Shown here: in pieces, positions 33,883-44,009 of the stretch | How the letters are laid out: each line of letters begins with the position of its first letter | Numbering within the stretch: the first letter of the stretch is position 1 | Source: an uncultured delta proteobacterium | Lineage (GTDB): Bacteria > Myxococcota_A > Polyangia > Polyangiales > JAFGIB01 | Reading direction: 5' to 3' | NCBI GenBank assembly: GCA_963778655.1 | Contig: CAVZVA010000009.1 | Location: forward strand, 1,184,001-1,248,000 | Length of the DNA stretch: 64,000 nt | Program-made: the position numbers and the translations under genes | Notes under the pieces: model-generated | What the model saw: the letters and a program-made list of their open reading frames with translations, nothing else | Databases searched by the model: none | Told to the model about the DNA's origin: nothing

Positions 33883-35802
33883 TCAGGGCTGCTTGGCGCG
33901 GTCTTCCGGCGCGCGCTTGGCCGCGCGGCTCGGGCGCGCGTCGTAGGGGCGCAGCAACGGCGGCACCGCGCGCTCGCCGGCCTCGTGGCGTACGCGCAGG
34001 CAGTCGTTGCGCAGCAGGCGCTTGGGCCCGTTGACCGTGCCGCGGTTGTTGTCGGAGTCCATCAGCAGCGTGGGGATGTCGGCGCCGACGTTGTCCGGGT
34101 GCAACGGCTGATTGAGCAGCACGTGGCCGAGCTCGTGGGCCATGGTCCAGGCCGTCTCCCGCTGGCGCAAGCCGTTGCGGTCGAGCAGCACGGCGTTGGT
34201 GATCGGGCCCACGCTGGCCGCGATGAAGGCTTCGCCCTGCCGGGTACCGTGGGTGAAGCGGTTGATGATGAACAGATCGATGCTGCTCGGATCGTCGTCG
34301 GCCAGCGCCTTGATCAGCGTGCGCTCTTCCAGGGTGCCGCCTTGGGCCGTCATGTTGTCGAACTCCTCGAGGCCGTCGCCGAGGTCGACGCGTCCGACGC
34401 TGATCGACTGCTGTTTGTCGGTCGTCAGCGGGACTCCCTCGATCGGATCGATCTGCACAAATCCTCCGTCGCGCCGGCGGATCAGCAGATCCGCGCTCGC
34501 GCCCGCGCCGAACACCGCGGGCGGGTTGAGCGTGACCACGGCGGTAAAGCCCGCGCCCCGCACCACCCGCGCGATGCGCAGCGCGGTGTCCTGCGCAGGC
34601 GCGCCGGCCGGCACCTCGATCGGGCCGATGTTCTGGCCGTCCACGCGGAAGCGCACGCTGCCGCCGCGTGCAGGCAGGCCGTCGCCGTCGGCGACCGACA
34701 GCAGTGTGCCGCCGGGCGGGTCCACGATCTCGATCGAGGTCTCCGAGGGTGGGCCGAAGGTGATGTCGCACTGCAACCAGATCTCGTTGGCCAGCGCCAG
34801 CTCCTCGCGCACGATGCGCAGCGCGGACATGTCGTCGACGCCGATCACCGGCGGGCCGCCGGGGTACGCGCGCAGCACGACCACGCGCAGCATGGCCTCG
34901 CGGGCCGCCCGCGGCGCGTCCTCATCGCCCGGCCGGCCGACGCGCAGGCTCTGGCGCACCTCGCCGAGCGGCGTCTGGTACACGATGCGCACCTGGTCTC
35001 GCAGCGCAACCTGCAGAACTTGGCCGGCAACGCCGCGCGCGAGCAGGTCGACCTGGTCGCCCACCAGCCGCACGAAGCGCGACCGGAACGGCTGGCCCAC
35101 CTCCGGACGCACCAGGCTCAGGTCCACCGAGTCGCGCACGTGCTTGCCGTCGGCGCTCACCGCCTCGAGCCGCGCCGCCAGGCGCTTGCCCTGGGCGGAG
35201 GCATCCAGCACCTGCACGCGGATGTTCTCCGGGTCGGGGCTGACTGCCTCGTAGTCATTGCCGCGCGGCAGCGAGCGGTCGTTGGTCACGCGATGCGAGA
35301 GGCCGACCGCGTCGCGGGCGGCGCTGAGGCGGCGGTTGTTGCCGTCGAGCAGCGCGAGATCAACCGTCTGCACAGCAAGGCGGAAGGTCTGCTCGCCCTG
35401 GGTCGCCAGCAAGGCAGCCGGATGGCCGGCCAGCGAAGGTCGCGTGGCCTGCAGGGAGAGCGGCGTCGGCAGCTCGTCGGCGGAGAGCGTGAAGGGCGTC
35501 GCCAGCGGCTTGCCCATGCGCAGCACCCGAATGCCGCCGAGGGTGGAGATGCGCACGCCGCCGCCGGCGCCGGGCTGGATCACCACCTCGGCCAAATCGT
35601 CGGTCGGAACCCGCTCCGCCTGTCGGTTGTCGACCACACCGTCGTCGTCGTCGTCGTCGTCGTCGACCGCCAGCAGCAAGGGACGTGAGGTGTCGAGCAC
35701 GGCGTTGGGGGCGGCGGGCTCGGCCGCTGCCGGCGCGCGCACCAGCAGCCAGAGGGCCAGCGGCCAGCAGGCGGCGCGCCGCAGGCGGCGCGGCAGAGTC
35801 AG
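33883..35802 (-). CDS. Secreted putative zinc metalloprotease; start uncertain (CTG 35802 or GTG 35742)
   Basis: AHELGHVLL..H, LLM Met-turn-like, Asp-rich motif; a signal peptide appears only if extended to 35802. Confidence 0.6.
   Translation of the reverse strand: MTLPRRLRRAACWPLALWLLVRAPAAAEPAAPNAVLDTSRPLLLAVDDDDDDDDGVVDNRQAERVPTDDLAEVVIQPGAGGGVRISTLGGIRVLRMGKPLATPFTLSADELPTPLSLQATRPSLAGHPAALLATQGEQTFRLAVQTVDLALLDGNNRRLSAARDAVGLSHRVTNDRSLPRGNDYEAVSPDPENIRVQVLDASAQGKRLAARLEAVSADGKHVRDSVDLSLVRPEVGQPFRSRFVRLVGDQVDLLARGVAGQVLQVALRDQVRIVYQTPLGEVRQSLRVGRPGDEDAPRAAREAMLRVVVLRAYPGGPPVIGVDDMSALRIVREELALANEIWLQCDITFGPPSETSIEIVDPPGGTLLSVADGDGLPARGGSVRFRVDGQNIGPIEVPAGAPAQDTALRIARVVRGAGFTAVVTLNPPAVFGAGASADLLIRRRDGGFVQIDPIEGVPLTTDKQQSISVGRVDLGDGLEEFDNMTAQGGTLEERTLIKALADDDPSSIDLFIINRFTHGTRQGEAFIAASVGPITNAVLLDRNGLRQRETAWTMAHELGHVLLNQPLHPDNVGADIPTLLMDSDNNRGTVNGPKRLLRNDCLRVRHEAGERAVPPLLRPYDARPSRAAKRAPEDRAKQP
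35641..35664. repeat. (GTC)8 microsatellite encoding poly-Asp
   Basis: Direct reading. Confidence 0.85.
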
Positions 35803-36431
35803 CTCCGTTCGGCGTCGCGCGTGCGTAGCAACAGCTCCTCGGCCGCCATGGCCATGCGCGCCTTGCGCGAGCTCTCGGCCAGCACGATGCTGCGCAGCCG
35901 CTGCTTGGCGTCGTCGAGCCCATCATTGACGATCACGTAGTCGAACAGCCCGTAGTGCTCGATCTCGCGCTTGGCGTTGCGAAACCTGCGCTCGATGGTG
36001 GCCTCGTCGTCGGCGGCGCGCTTGCGCAGGCGCTGCTTGAGCGCCTCCATCGAGGGCGGCAGCACGAACACCCCCACGGCCTCAGGCCGTCGCGCCTTGA
36101 TCTGGCGCGCGCCCTGGTAGTCAATGTCGAACAGGATACCGCGCTTGCCCAGGCTGCGGCAGCGCTCGATCTCACTGAGCGCGGTGCCGTAGAGGTTGCC
36201 GTGCACCTCGGCCCACTCGGCAAAGGCTCCTTCGGCGATCAGGCGCTCGAAAGCGGCCAGGTCCGTGAAGTGGTAGTCGTGGCCGTCGACCTCGTTCGGA
36301 CGCGGCTTGCGCGTGGTATGCGAGACCGAGAACATCAGGCTCGGAAAGGTCTCCAGCAGGTCGCGCGTGAGGGTGGTCTTTCCGGCGCCGGACGGAGAGG
36401 AGATGATCAGTAGCAGCAGGTCGTCGCCCAC
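35799..36431 (-). CDS. gmk: Guanylate kinase
   Basis: SPSGAGKTT, SHTTRKPR, DYHF, VHGNLYGT, DIDYQG. Confidence 0.96.
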   Translation of the reverse strand: MGDDLLLLIISSPSGAGKTTLTRDLLETFPSLMFSVSHTTRKPRPNEVDGHDYHFTDLAAFERLIAEGAFAEWAEVHGNLYGTALSEIERCRSLGKRGILFDIDYQGARQIKARRPEAVGVFVLPPSMEALKQRLRKRAADDEATIERRFRNAKREIEHYGLFDYVIVNDGLDDAKQRLRSIVLAESSRKARMAMAAEELLLRTRDAERS

Positions 36432-36504
36432 AATTTCGAGCTTACACCAACTCAGGTGCGAATCGATCGACGCGCCACGCCCCGCGGCGCGCTTCCGGTC
36501 CGGC

Positions 36505-37380
36505 TCAGAGCACGTTCTGTGCTTGCTCGCGCATGCGCTCGAGCTCCGTCTTGAGGTCGAGGACGTGGGCGGTGACGTCCAGGTCGCCCACCTTGGAGCC
36601 CAGGGTGTTCACCTCGCGGCCCATCTCCTGCAACAGGAACTCGAGCCGCCTGCCGATCGGCTCCTGCTCTTGCTCCAGCAGCGCCCCGAACTGCGCGCAG
36701 TGGCTGCGGAGGCGGATCACCTCCTCGCTGACGTCGCCGCGATCCGCGAGCAGCGCCACCTCTTGCTCCACCCGTGCGGGATCGAGCGTGGCGGCGGTGC
36801 CTTCGAGCAGGGTCGCGATACGCGCGCGCAGGCGGTCGCGGTGCGCGTCGCGCAGCCCCTCGATGCGCGTATCGACCTGGTCGCACAGCGCCGAGATCCT
36901 CAGCAGGTGCGCGCGCAGGTCTGCCGCCAGGGCCTCGCCTTCGGCGCGGCGCATGGTGGCGAGCGACCGGCAGGCATCGTCGGTCGCGTGCTGCAGCGCG
37001 TCGCGCAGCATCTCGCGGTCGGTCAGGGCCGGCTCCCGAAACAGCCCAGGAACCACCGCGAGCAACGACAGCGGTACCGGTTCTTGCAGACCGAGCTCGG
37101 CGCGCAGGCCGTCGAGGGAGGCCAGCGCGGCCCGCGCGCGCTCGCGATCGAGCACGGGCGCGCCCGAAAGGGCCCCCTCGACGCGTGCGCTGAGCTCGAT
37201 CCGGCCCCGCACGAGTTGCGTTCGCGCAACACGATCGACCACGCCCGCGTGGTCCGCCAGCAGGGCCGGCAGGTGCACCCGCACGTCAAGAAAGCGGTGG
37301 TTGAGCGCGCGCGCCTCGACCACCAGCGACGCGGCCGCGAGCGGCGCGCTGCCGGTGCCGTATCCCGTCATGCTGAGCAT
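36505..37380 (-). CDS. yicC: YicC/YloC family endoribonuclease
   Basis: SMTGYG, NHRFLD, EEVIRL, GRRLEFLLQEMGREVNT, REQAQN. Confidence 0.93.
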   Translation of the reverse strand: MLSMTGYGTGSAPLAAASLVVEARALNHRFLDVRVHLPALLADHAGVVDRVARTQLVRGRIELSARVEGALSGAPVLDRERARAALASLDGLRAELGLQEPVPLSLLAVVPGLFREPALTDREMLRDALQHATDDACRSLATMRRAEGEALAADLRAHLLRISALCDQVDTRIEGLRDAHRDRLRARIATLLEGTAATLDPARVEQEVALLADRGDVSEEVIRLRSHCAQFGALLEQEQEPIGRRLEFLLQEMGREVNTLGSKVGDLDVTAHVLDLKTELERMREQAQNVL

Positions 37381-37520
37381 GCCGCCGCAGCATGCCACCG
37401 TCGCCTCGCGATCGGGCTGCGAAATTTTTCGGCCCGGAAGGCAGGCTGGGACTACGGACTCGCTGGGCTTTCCCCGCCTTCTGACGTTGCTTGGATCGGG
37501 GAGGGGAGCTCGGACACCCG

Positions 37521-38033
37521 CTAGCTGAGCTTCCGCTTCTGCTTGATCTGCTCCATCACCCGCGCGTACTCGATCTCGAAGTCGGACGTGCCTTCCTGCA
37601 GATTTTTGATCTTCGAGCGAACCTCGCGATCGAGGTCGTTCTCCACGTCCATGTGCTTGCGCAGGATCGGGGTGACCTTCTTTCGCAGCTCCGCGTCGTC
37701 GGCGTAGATCTCGGCGATGTTGGCGCTGTGAAACAGGATATTGAGGATCTGCTCCAGCAGGTACGGCAGGATGTCGTCCTGGGTCGGGCCCCCGCGCTCC
37801 TTGGCCACCTGGGTCTTGACCCGTCCAAGGTTGCTGTAGCCGAGGCCGCGGATCTCCATCCGATTCTTGGCTTCCTCGACGATCTCCTTGTCGAGCCGCA
37901 GGTACTCCTTGAGCACTGCTTCGATGTCCAGCCTGGCTTCGTTCTCGTCCTCGAGGTCGATGTCCCCAGCCTGCTTCAGGGTCTTCAGGATCTCCTCGGA
38001 GATGGTTTCGACTTTGCCTCGATATAGCCGCAT
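37521..38033 (-). CDS. DUF507 family protein
   Basis: MRLY start, charged helical protein, LDREVRSKIKNLQEG; family recalled. Confidence 0.7.
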   Translation of the reverse strand: MRLYRGKVETISEEILKTLKQAGDIDLEDENEARLDIEAVLKEYLRLDKEIVEEAKNRMEIRGLGYSNLGRVKTQVAKERGGPTQDDILPYLLEQILNILFHSANIAEIYADDAELRKKVTPILRKHMDVENDLDREVRSKIKNLQEGTSDFEIEYARVMEQIKQKRKLS

Positions 38034-38061
38034 GTCTCGACCGCCGCCTGAAGGGGGTCGA

Positions 38062-38090
38062 ACGCTACTGCCGCCAAGGCCACCCGTCAA
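38062..38090 (-). promoter_or_regulatory. Candidate sigma70 promoter TTGACG-N17-TAGCGT for DUF507-yicC-gmk
   Basis: Direct reading. Confidence 0.5.
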
Positions 38091-38239
38091 TGGAAAGGAC
38101 TTGAAAGCGACCGGCGGCGGACCCCAGCGCGCGCCGGATTGAGCTGCAAAGCCGGTCGCAATCCGCGCGCGATTGGTGTATCGAACACATCCGCTTCGCC
38201 GCACAGGGGTGCTCGAAGTGCGCGGGGAGAGGGGGGAAG

Positions 38240-38992
38240 ATGAACGGTAATTTGGACAAGGGGCGTCCTGCAGCAGGCGCAGGACATCGGCTTGGCCGCC
38301 AGCAACAGCGCGGCGAGCTACTGCGCGCGGCGCTGGGTCGTTGCGCGCCGTTTGCTGCCTTGAACGAGAGCCTGTTCGAGGGGCTGATCAAGCTCTGCGT
38401 ACTGCTGGTCTTTCCGCGCCGCGCGCTGCTGTTCGAGCAGGGCGGCGCGGCCGACAGCGTGTACGTGGTGGCGTCGGGACGCGTGCGCGTCGTTCGCGGC
38501 GAGCGCGAGAGTCGAACGCTGACCGTGGCCTACAGGCTGCCCGGCGAGCTCCTGGGTGAGACCGCGCTGCCGGGCGTGGACAGCTACAGGGCAACCGCGA
38601 GCGCGACCGAAGCGGTCGACGCCGTGAAGATACCGCTGCGTGCGGTGCAGGCGCTGCTGGCCGAGAGCCCCGCGTTCTCGCAGCGCATGCTGGCGCTGAT
38701 GGTGGAGCGCAGGCTGGAGGCCGAACGCCGGGTCGAGAGCTTGTTGTCGCGCAGCGTGGAGTCACGCGTGGCAGAGTTCCTGCTGGACGCTGCGGACCGC
38801 AACGGGGTGCCCGACGCGCGCGGCGTGCTGATCGGTGTGCGCTACACGCATCAGGAGATCGCGGACTACGTCGGCTCCACCCGCGAGACCGTCACGCTGA
38901 CGCTGGGGGAGCTGCGGCGCCAGGAGCTGCTGAGCTTCGATCACAGGCGGATCGTGATTACCCAGCCCGAGACCTTGGCCAAGCTGGTGTAG
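38240..38992 (+). CDS. Crp/Fnr family transcriptional regulator
   Basis: cNMP domain (SGRVRV, LLGE); HTH THQEIADYVGSTRETVT. Confidence 0.92.
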   Translation: MNGNLDKGRPAAGAGHRLGRQQQRGELLRAALGRCAPFAALNESLFEGLIKLCVLLVFPRRALLFEQGGAADSVYVVASGRVRVVRGERESRTLTVAYRLPGELLGETALPGVDSYRATASATEAVDAVKIPLRAVQALLAESPAFSQRMLALMVERRLEAERRVESLLSRSVESRVAEFLLDAADRNGVPDARGVLIGVRYTHQEIADYVGSTRETVTLTLGELRRQELLSFDHRRIVITQPETLAKLV

Positions 38993-39029
38993 CCCGGCTG
39001 GAAAGGCTCGTGCGGCGCTTCGACGAGAT

Positions 39030-39093
39030 TCACAGGAAGACCGCAACTCGGGAAAAGAGACCTGCGGTATCTGGGCTTCCCGCCTTCCCGTTG
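39030..39093. repeat. REP-like repeat, copy 2 (GGGAAG family)
   Basis: TCACAGGAAGACCG... and CTTCCCGCCTTCCCG between convergent genes. Confidence 0.5.
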
Positions 39094-39114
39094 GTTTCTT
39101 GGGACGGGTGCTGG

Positions 39115-39576
39115 CTACCGTGGCAAATCGTCGCGGTCCTGGATCGCCGCCAGCAGCTCGGCCTCGGCGCACAGCACGTCGCCGACCATGGCAGTGCCCT
39201 GGCACTTCCAGATGTTGGATCGGCGCTGCGCCACCTCGACACCGATCAGCACCTGGTCGCCGGGTGTGATCGGGTGGCGAAACTTCGCCTTGTCGATCCC
39301 CGCGAACACGAACATCTGCAGGTTCGGGTCGATCGCCTCGGAGGCGTACGCCAGCACGCACATCAGTTGGGCCATCGCCTCCAGACACAGCACGGCGGGG
39401 AAGATCGGTGCCCCCGGGAAGTGCCCCGGAAAGAACGGCTCGTTGTAGGTCACGCACTTGACCGCACGCGCCGATTTGCGCGGTTCGAGGTCGAGGATGC
39501 GATCGATGAGCAGGAAGGGCGAGCGGTGGGGCAGAATGCGTAGGATCTTGGTGATATCCAAGCTCACGGCGATCAC
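39115..39576 (-). CDS. fabZ: 3-hydroxyacyl-ACP dehydratase
   Basis: LPHRSPFLLIDR, FFPGHFP, EAMAQ. Confidence 0.93.
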   Translation of the reverse strand: MIAVSLDITKILRILPHRSPFLLIDRILDLEPRKSARAVKCVTYNEPFFPGHFPGAPIFPAVLCLEAMAQLMCVLAYASEAIDPNLQMFVFAGIDKAKFRHPITPGDQVLIGVEVAQRRSNIWKCQGTAMVGDVLCAEAELLAAIQDRDDLPR

Positions 39577-39594
39577 CGCACCTGCGTGAAGACG

Positions 39595-40185
39595 TTACTT
39601 GCCACCCTTGGTCGCCTTGGGGCTCTTGGCCGGCTTCGTGCTGGTCTGGGACGCCTCGCCCTTGCCCTCGCCCGCATTATAGCGCTGGATCAACACATCG
39701 GTCAGGTCGTAAGTCGACGGAACGTAGACGACGCCGGCTTCGTTGCGCTCGAGGATCAGCGAATAGCCCTCGGCCTGGCCGATGTGGCGCATGATGCGCT
39801 GCATCCTGTCCATGATCGGCTTGGTGAGCTCACCTTCCTTGGCGGCGAGCTCGCGCTGGAATTCGACGTAGGTGCTCTGCAGCTCGCCGAATGCCTTCTG
39901 ATACTCCTCGAGCTTCTTGGCCAGCACCTCGCGGGAGAGCACGTCGCGCTGCTTTTCGACGTTCTCCTTGAGTGTCTTGATGTCGTCCTGCTGCTTGTCC
40001 AGCGTCTTCTGGCGTTGGTCGAACAGCTTCTTGAGCAGGTCCTTCGCCTTGCGTCCATCTTCGGTCTCGGCGAGCGCGCGCTGCATGTCCACCACCCCGA
40101 TCTTGGTCTGCGCTGCAACCGGGTGGGCGTGGCTCACCGTGAACAGAACGGCCGCGAGCACGAGCGAGATTCTTCCGCTGGTCAT
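39595..40185 (-). CDS. skp: OmpH/Skp periplasmic chaperone
   Basis: Signal peptide, KIGVVDMQR, coiled coil, DLTD; downstream of bamA. Confidence 0.9.
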   Translation of the reverse strand: MTSGRISLVLAAVLFTVSHAHPVAAQTKIGVVDMQRALAETEDGRKAKDLLKKLFDQRQKTLDKQQDDIKTLKENVEKQRDVLSREVLAKKLEEYQKAFGELQSTYVEFQRELAAKEGELTKPIMDRMQRIMRHIGQAEGYSLILERNEAGVVYVPSTYDLTDVLIQRYNAGEGKGEASQTSTKPAKSPKATKGGK

Positions 40186-40345
40186 CCGCATTCCTTTCGT
40201 GGCGGCTAGCTAGCAACCAAGGCCGCGTAGCGTCAAGCGCCCGCGGTTGGACGGCCGAGCCCGCTCGTGCTTCAGCTCGGTCCAGCGAAATGCAATGCTT
40301 TCGCCTAGATACGCTCGTTTTCGGGGCGCTCGGGCAAACCCGCGG

Positions 40346-40390
40346 CAAAAAACGCGTCCCCGGCCCGGCTCCCGCCGGGCGCTCCGGGGG
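40346..40390 (-). terminator. Possible intrinsic terminator after bamA
   Basis: GC hairpin CCCGGC-GGGA-GCCGGG with T6 shortly after on minus strand. Confidence 0.35.
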
Positions 40391-40429
40391 GCGGGGCTCG
40401 CCTGGGTCGAGCACCCGCAAGCGCCGCGC

Positions 40430-43105
40430 TCAGAACGCGTTGCCCACGGTGAACTGGAAGGCGACGTTGTCCTCGTAGGGCTTGCGCGGGTTGAACGGGA
40501 AGCCCCACTCGAAGCGCAGCGGGCCGAGCGGGGAGAACCAGCGCACGCCGAAGCCCCAGGACTCGCGTAGCAGGAAGGGATTGACCTTGCAGGGGTCGGT
40601 CGCGGCGTCGCCCGAGCGCGGCGCGGGCCGGCACAGCGTCCGCTCCAGGTTCCAGGCGTTGCCGCCGTCCTGGAAGACCACGCCCTTGATGCCCACCGAC
40701 TGGATGATCGGGAACTCCACCTCGAGGTTGTAATAAAAGCGCATGTTGCCCCCGATCGACGTGCCCCGGGGGTCCACCTGCAGGAAGGTCGGGTCGTTGT
40801 AGCTGCTGGGGCTCCCCAGCCGCGGGCCGACGCTCTGCAGCGGAAAGCCGCGGATGTCGAAGATGCCGCCGAGGAAGAAGCGCTCGAACACAGGCACGCC
40901 AGTGCCGCTGCGCGAGGTGATCAGCCCCCAATCGACGTTCATCTTGGCGACCAGCGGTCCGATCAGGGGGTGGTAAGCGCGGAAGTTGAGCAGATGCTCG
41001 ATGAAGTTGCTCTGGGACAGCGTGGCCGTGTCGGAGAACTCGGTCGAGCCGGTGATATACAGGCCCTTGCTGGGGAACAGGCGGTTGTCGCGCGTGTCGT
41101 AGGTCAGCGACAGGCGGATGCTGCTGGTGCGCCCGCTGCGGAACAGGTTGCGCAGCGGCAGAAAGGCGAAGCGCGAGTACAGCGCCCCGGACGAACCGAA
41201 AGTGCCTCCGGTCGCGGGCGTGATGTTGACGTACTCGAGACGGTAGTTGACGAAGAGCCGCAGGTCGTCGCTGATGAAGTACAGCGGATGGCCGAAGGTC
41301 AGGTTGCCGCCGGTCGAGTCGCGGTTGAACGCGCTGAGCTGCAACAGGTTCTTGAACAGCTCGATCGCCATGGTCCAATCGGTGCTGTACAGATAGGGCT
41401 CGACGAAGCGGATCTGCGCCAGCTGGCGGATGCCCGAGAGCTGCAGGTTCAGGCCCAGCGACTGGCCGCGGCCGAACAAGTTCTCCTGTTGGATCTGGCC
41501 GGTCAGCAGGAAGGTCTCCTGCGAAGAGAAGCCCGCGCCGAGCTGGAAGGTGCCGGTGGCGCGTTCGGTGACCTCGAAATTGATCACGATGCGGTCGGGC
41601 GTGGCGCCATCTTCCTCCGCGACGTCGACCTTCTCGAAGTACCCGAGCGACATCATGCGCTCCTTGGAGCGCTCGACCAGCGTCTGGCTGTAGAGCTGAC
41701 CCTCGACGATGCGCGCCTCGCGCCGCAGCACCTCGTCGCGGGTCTTCGTGTTGCCCTTGATATTAATGCGCTGGATGTAGACCAGCGGGCCGCGCCGGAT
41801 CGAGATCACCATGTCGACGATGCGCGTGTCCATGTGCAGGTCGGTCTGCGGGTTGATCTCGACGTGCGCGTAGCCCTTGTCGCGATAGAAACGCGTGACT
41901 TCCTGCAGGTTCTTGGCCACCACCGAGCGGCTGAACCAGTCGCCGGGGTTCAGCTCGATGCTCTCGCGCAGCTTCTTGCGGCCCTGCAGCGGCTCGATCT
42001 CGTTGCCGGCCTGATCGACCTCCGTGGCTTTGACGCGGCCGAGCCTGAAGCGCGGCCCTTCCTTGATACTGAGCGTGATGTCGATGTGACGGCGGTCCGG
42101 CGTGAGGTCGATGCGGGGCTCGGCGATCTCCACCGTCAGGTAGCCGTAGTCGTAGTAGAGCGCCTGCAGGCGGTTGACGTCCTCGTCGATCACCTCCTTG
42201 CGATAGCGGTTGTTCGAGCTGAGAAACGACAGGAAGCCCGTCTCGCTGGTCTGCATCACGCCGCGCAGCTCGCTGTCGCTCAGGTTCTGGTTGCCGATGA
42301 AACGCAACCGGCGCACGGTCACCTGCTCTCCCTCGTCGATCACGAAGCGCACGGTGACCTCGTTGTGCGGCTTCGGCTCGAGCTTGTAGCTGACCTGCGC
42401 CAGGAAGAAGCCCTTCTCGGCATACAGCTTCTTGATCTTGTCGAGCTGCTCCCGCACCGCCGGCTCGGCGAGCACCGAGCCCTGCTCCAGCGTGACCTTC
42501 TCCTTGATGTCGCTGGTCTCGATTTCGTCGTTGCCCGAGTAGGCGACCTCCGCGATCGCGGGCCGCTCCTGGACCCGGTAGGTCAGCACGATGCCGCCCT
42601 TGGTCGGCGTGGCCTCGACCTGGATGTCCTTGAAGTAACCCATGTCCCAGAGCGCGTGGACGTCGCGGGTGACGTCGGCGTCGGCGCAGGGGGTGCCGGC
42701 CCGCTGGCGAATCGTCGCCAGGATGTCGTCCTTGGACACGCGTCCCTGTCCGCGGATCTCGAGCCGGACAATCTTCTTGCCGTCGCACATCGTGGTGGGC
42801 GCGCCGGGACCGGATGGGGGCTCGGACGCCGGCTGGCTCGGGCTCGGGCCGGGGCCTGCGTCGGGCTGGGCAGCGCCGCCCGCGTCGGGCTCGGCCGCCG
42901 CGGTTTGCGTCGCGGCTCCGGCGTCGGCGCCGCCGTTGCTCGCCCCTCCCGCGTCCGCGACGTTCGGAACCCCCCCGTCCTGCGGTGGCGCGACCGGCTC
43001 CACGCGCTGCGCGCTCGCCGGGACCGCACACGCCAGCACCAGCAGCCCCGCCAAGGCGCGGAGCTGGCTGCGGCGCAGTTTGCGGTCCAAGAGGAATGCG
43101 GCCAT
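40430..43105 (-). CDS. bamA: Outer membrane protein assembly factor BamA
   Basis: POTRA repeats (GNTKTRDEVLRRE), IRGF motif, SPLGPLRFEWG, C-terminal Phe. Confidence 0.96.
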   Translation of the reverse strand: MAAFLLDRKLRRSQLRALAGLLVLACAVPASAQRVEPVAPPQDGGVPNVADAGGASNGGADAGAATQTAAAEPDAGGAAQPDAGPGPSPSQPASEPPSGPGAPTTMCDGKKIVRLEIRGQGRVSKDDILATIRQRAGTPCADADVTRDVHALWDMGYFKDIQVEATPTKGGIVLTYRVQERPAIAEVAYSGNDEIETSDIKEKVTLEQGSVLAEPAVREQLDKIKKLYAEKGFFLAQVSYKLEPKPHNEVTVRFVIDEGEQVTVRRLRFIGNQNLSDSELRGVMQTSETGFLSFLSSNNRYRKEVIDEDVNRLQALYYDYGYLTVEIAEPRIDLTPDRRHIDITLSIKEGPRFRLGRVKATEVDQAGNEIEPLQGRKKLRESIELNPGDWFSRSVVAKNLQEVTRFYRDKGYAHVEINPQTDLHMDTRIVDMVISIRRGPLVYIQRINIKGNTKTRDEVLRREARIVEGQLYSQTLVERSKERMMSLGYFEKVDVAEEDGATPDRIVINFEVTERATGTFQLGAGFSSQETFLLTGQIQQENLFGRGQSLGLNLQLSGIRQLAQIRFVEPYLYSTDWTMAIELFKNLLQLSAFNRDSTGGNLTFGHPLYFISDDLRLFVNYRLEYVNITPATGGTFGSSGALYSRFAFLPLRNLFRSGRTSSIRLSLTYDTRDNRLFPSKGLYITGSTEFSDTATLSQSNFIEHLLNFRAYHPLIGPLVAKMNVDWGLITSRSGTGVPVFERFFLGGIFDIRGFPLQSVGPRLGSPSSYNDPTFLQVDPRGTSIGGNMRFYYNLEVEFPIIQSVGIKGVVFQDGGNAWNLERTLCRPAPRSGDAATDPCKVNPFLLRESWGFGVRWFSPLGPLRFEWGFPFNPRKPYEDNVAFQFTVGNAF

Positions 43106-43224
43106 GTGACGCGAATGGCGGTGGGCCGCGTTAGTGCTCCGACCGGTTGGTATCGATCTCGGATGGTGTCCGAGCAGGGTTGGATGCGAAGCCGCCGGAC
43201 CGCGGGATTCTGCGAGTCTTGCGC

Positions 43225-43253
43225 CCTATAGCTTTGCCGCTGCCAGGGGTCAA
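43225..43253 (-). promoter_or_regulatory. Candidate sigma70 promoter TTGACC-N17-TATAGG for bamA
   Basis: Direct reading. Confidence 0.4.
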
Positions 43254-43278
43254 GCTCGGGGTGAGCCTCGAGGCGGCC

Positions 43279-43983
43279 TCACGCGCCGTTCTTGAGGTCG
43301 CTCTCGATGCGGCCATCGAGCATGTGCACGATCCGCGGCATCTGCTCGGCCAGATCGCGGCTGTGGGTCACCACCAAGAAGGTCGTGCCGCGGGACTCGT
43401 TGAGCCGGAACAGCAGCTCGTGCATGGTGCGGCCGGTGGCCGTGTCGAGGTTGCCGGTTGGTTCGTCGGCCAACACCAGCCGCGGGCTCATGATCAACGC
43501 GCGTGCCAGCGCCACGCGCTGCTGCTCGCCTCCCGACAGCTCCCCGGGACGATGGGTGAGCCGCTCGGCGAGCCCTACCTCGGCCAGCAGGTCCGTGGCG
43601 CGCTGGGCCAGCGGCTCAGGACGTTCGCCGCGGATGCGGCCCGGCATCATCACGTTTTCGAGCGCGGTGAACTCCGGCAGCAGGTGGTGGAACTGGAACA
43701 CGAAACCGATGCAGCGGTTGCGAAATTCGGCCAGTCTCGCGCTCGAATAGCCGGTGACGTCGTCGCCGTCGTAGTAGATCTTGCCCTCGCTGGGCAGATC
43801 GAGCGTGCCCAGCAGGTGGAGCAGGGTGCTCTTACCGGCGCCCGAAGGGCCCACGATGCACAGCATCTCGCCTTCGTCGATCTGCAGGTCGATGCCGCGC
43901 AGGATCGGCACCGTGCGACCCTCATGCACGAAGGCCTTCTTCACGTTTTCGACCACGACCAGCGGTTTGGGGTCTGTGCTCAT
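43279..43983 (-). CDS. lolD: Lipoprotein-releasing ABC ATPase LolD
   Basis: [36 protein letters not shown]. Confidence 0.92.
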   Translation of the reverse strand: MSTDPKPLVVVENVKKAFVHEGRTVPILRGIDLQIDEGEMLCIVGPSGAGKSTLLHLLGTLDLPSEGKIYYDGDDVTGYSSARLAEFRNRCIGFVFQFHHLLPEFTALENVMMPGRIRGERPEPLAQRATDLLAEVGLAERLTHRPGELSGGEQQRVALARALIMSPRLVLADEPTGNLDTATGRTMHELLFRLNESRGTTFLVVTHSRDLAEQMPRIVHMLDGRIESDLKNGA

Positions 43984-44009
43984 TTTCGCCAGGCGGCGCG
44001 TCCGGGCTG

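Noticed and set aside
38240..38992. Crp-family gene as mrpC
   Set aside because: Only generic Crp/Fnr motifs are visible; orthology cannot be supported without a search
40970..43231. 753-aa ORF antisense to bamA (likewise 56228-58420, 19818-21362, 30338-32200)
   Set aside because: Shadow ORFs expected opposite high-GC genes; no recognisable motifs
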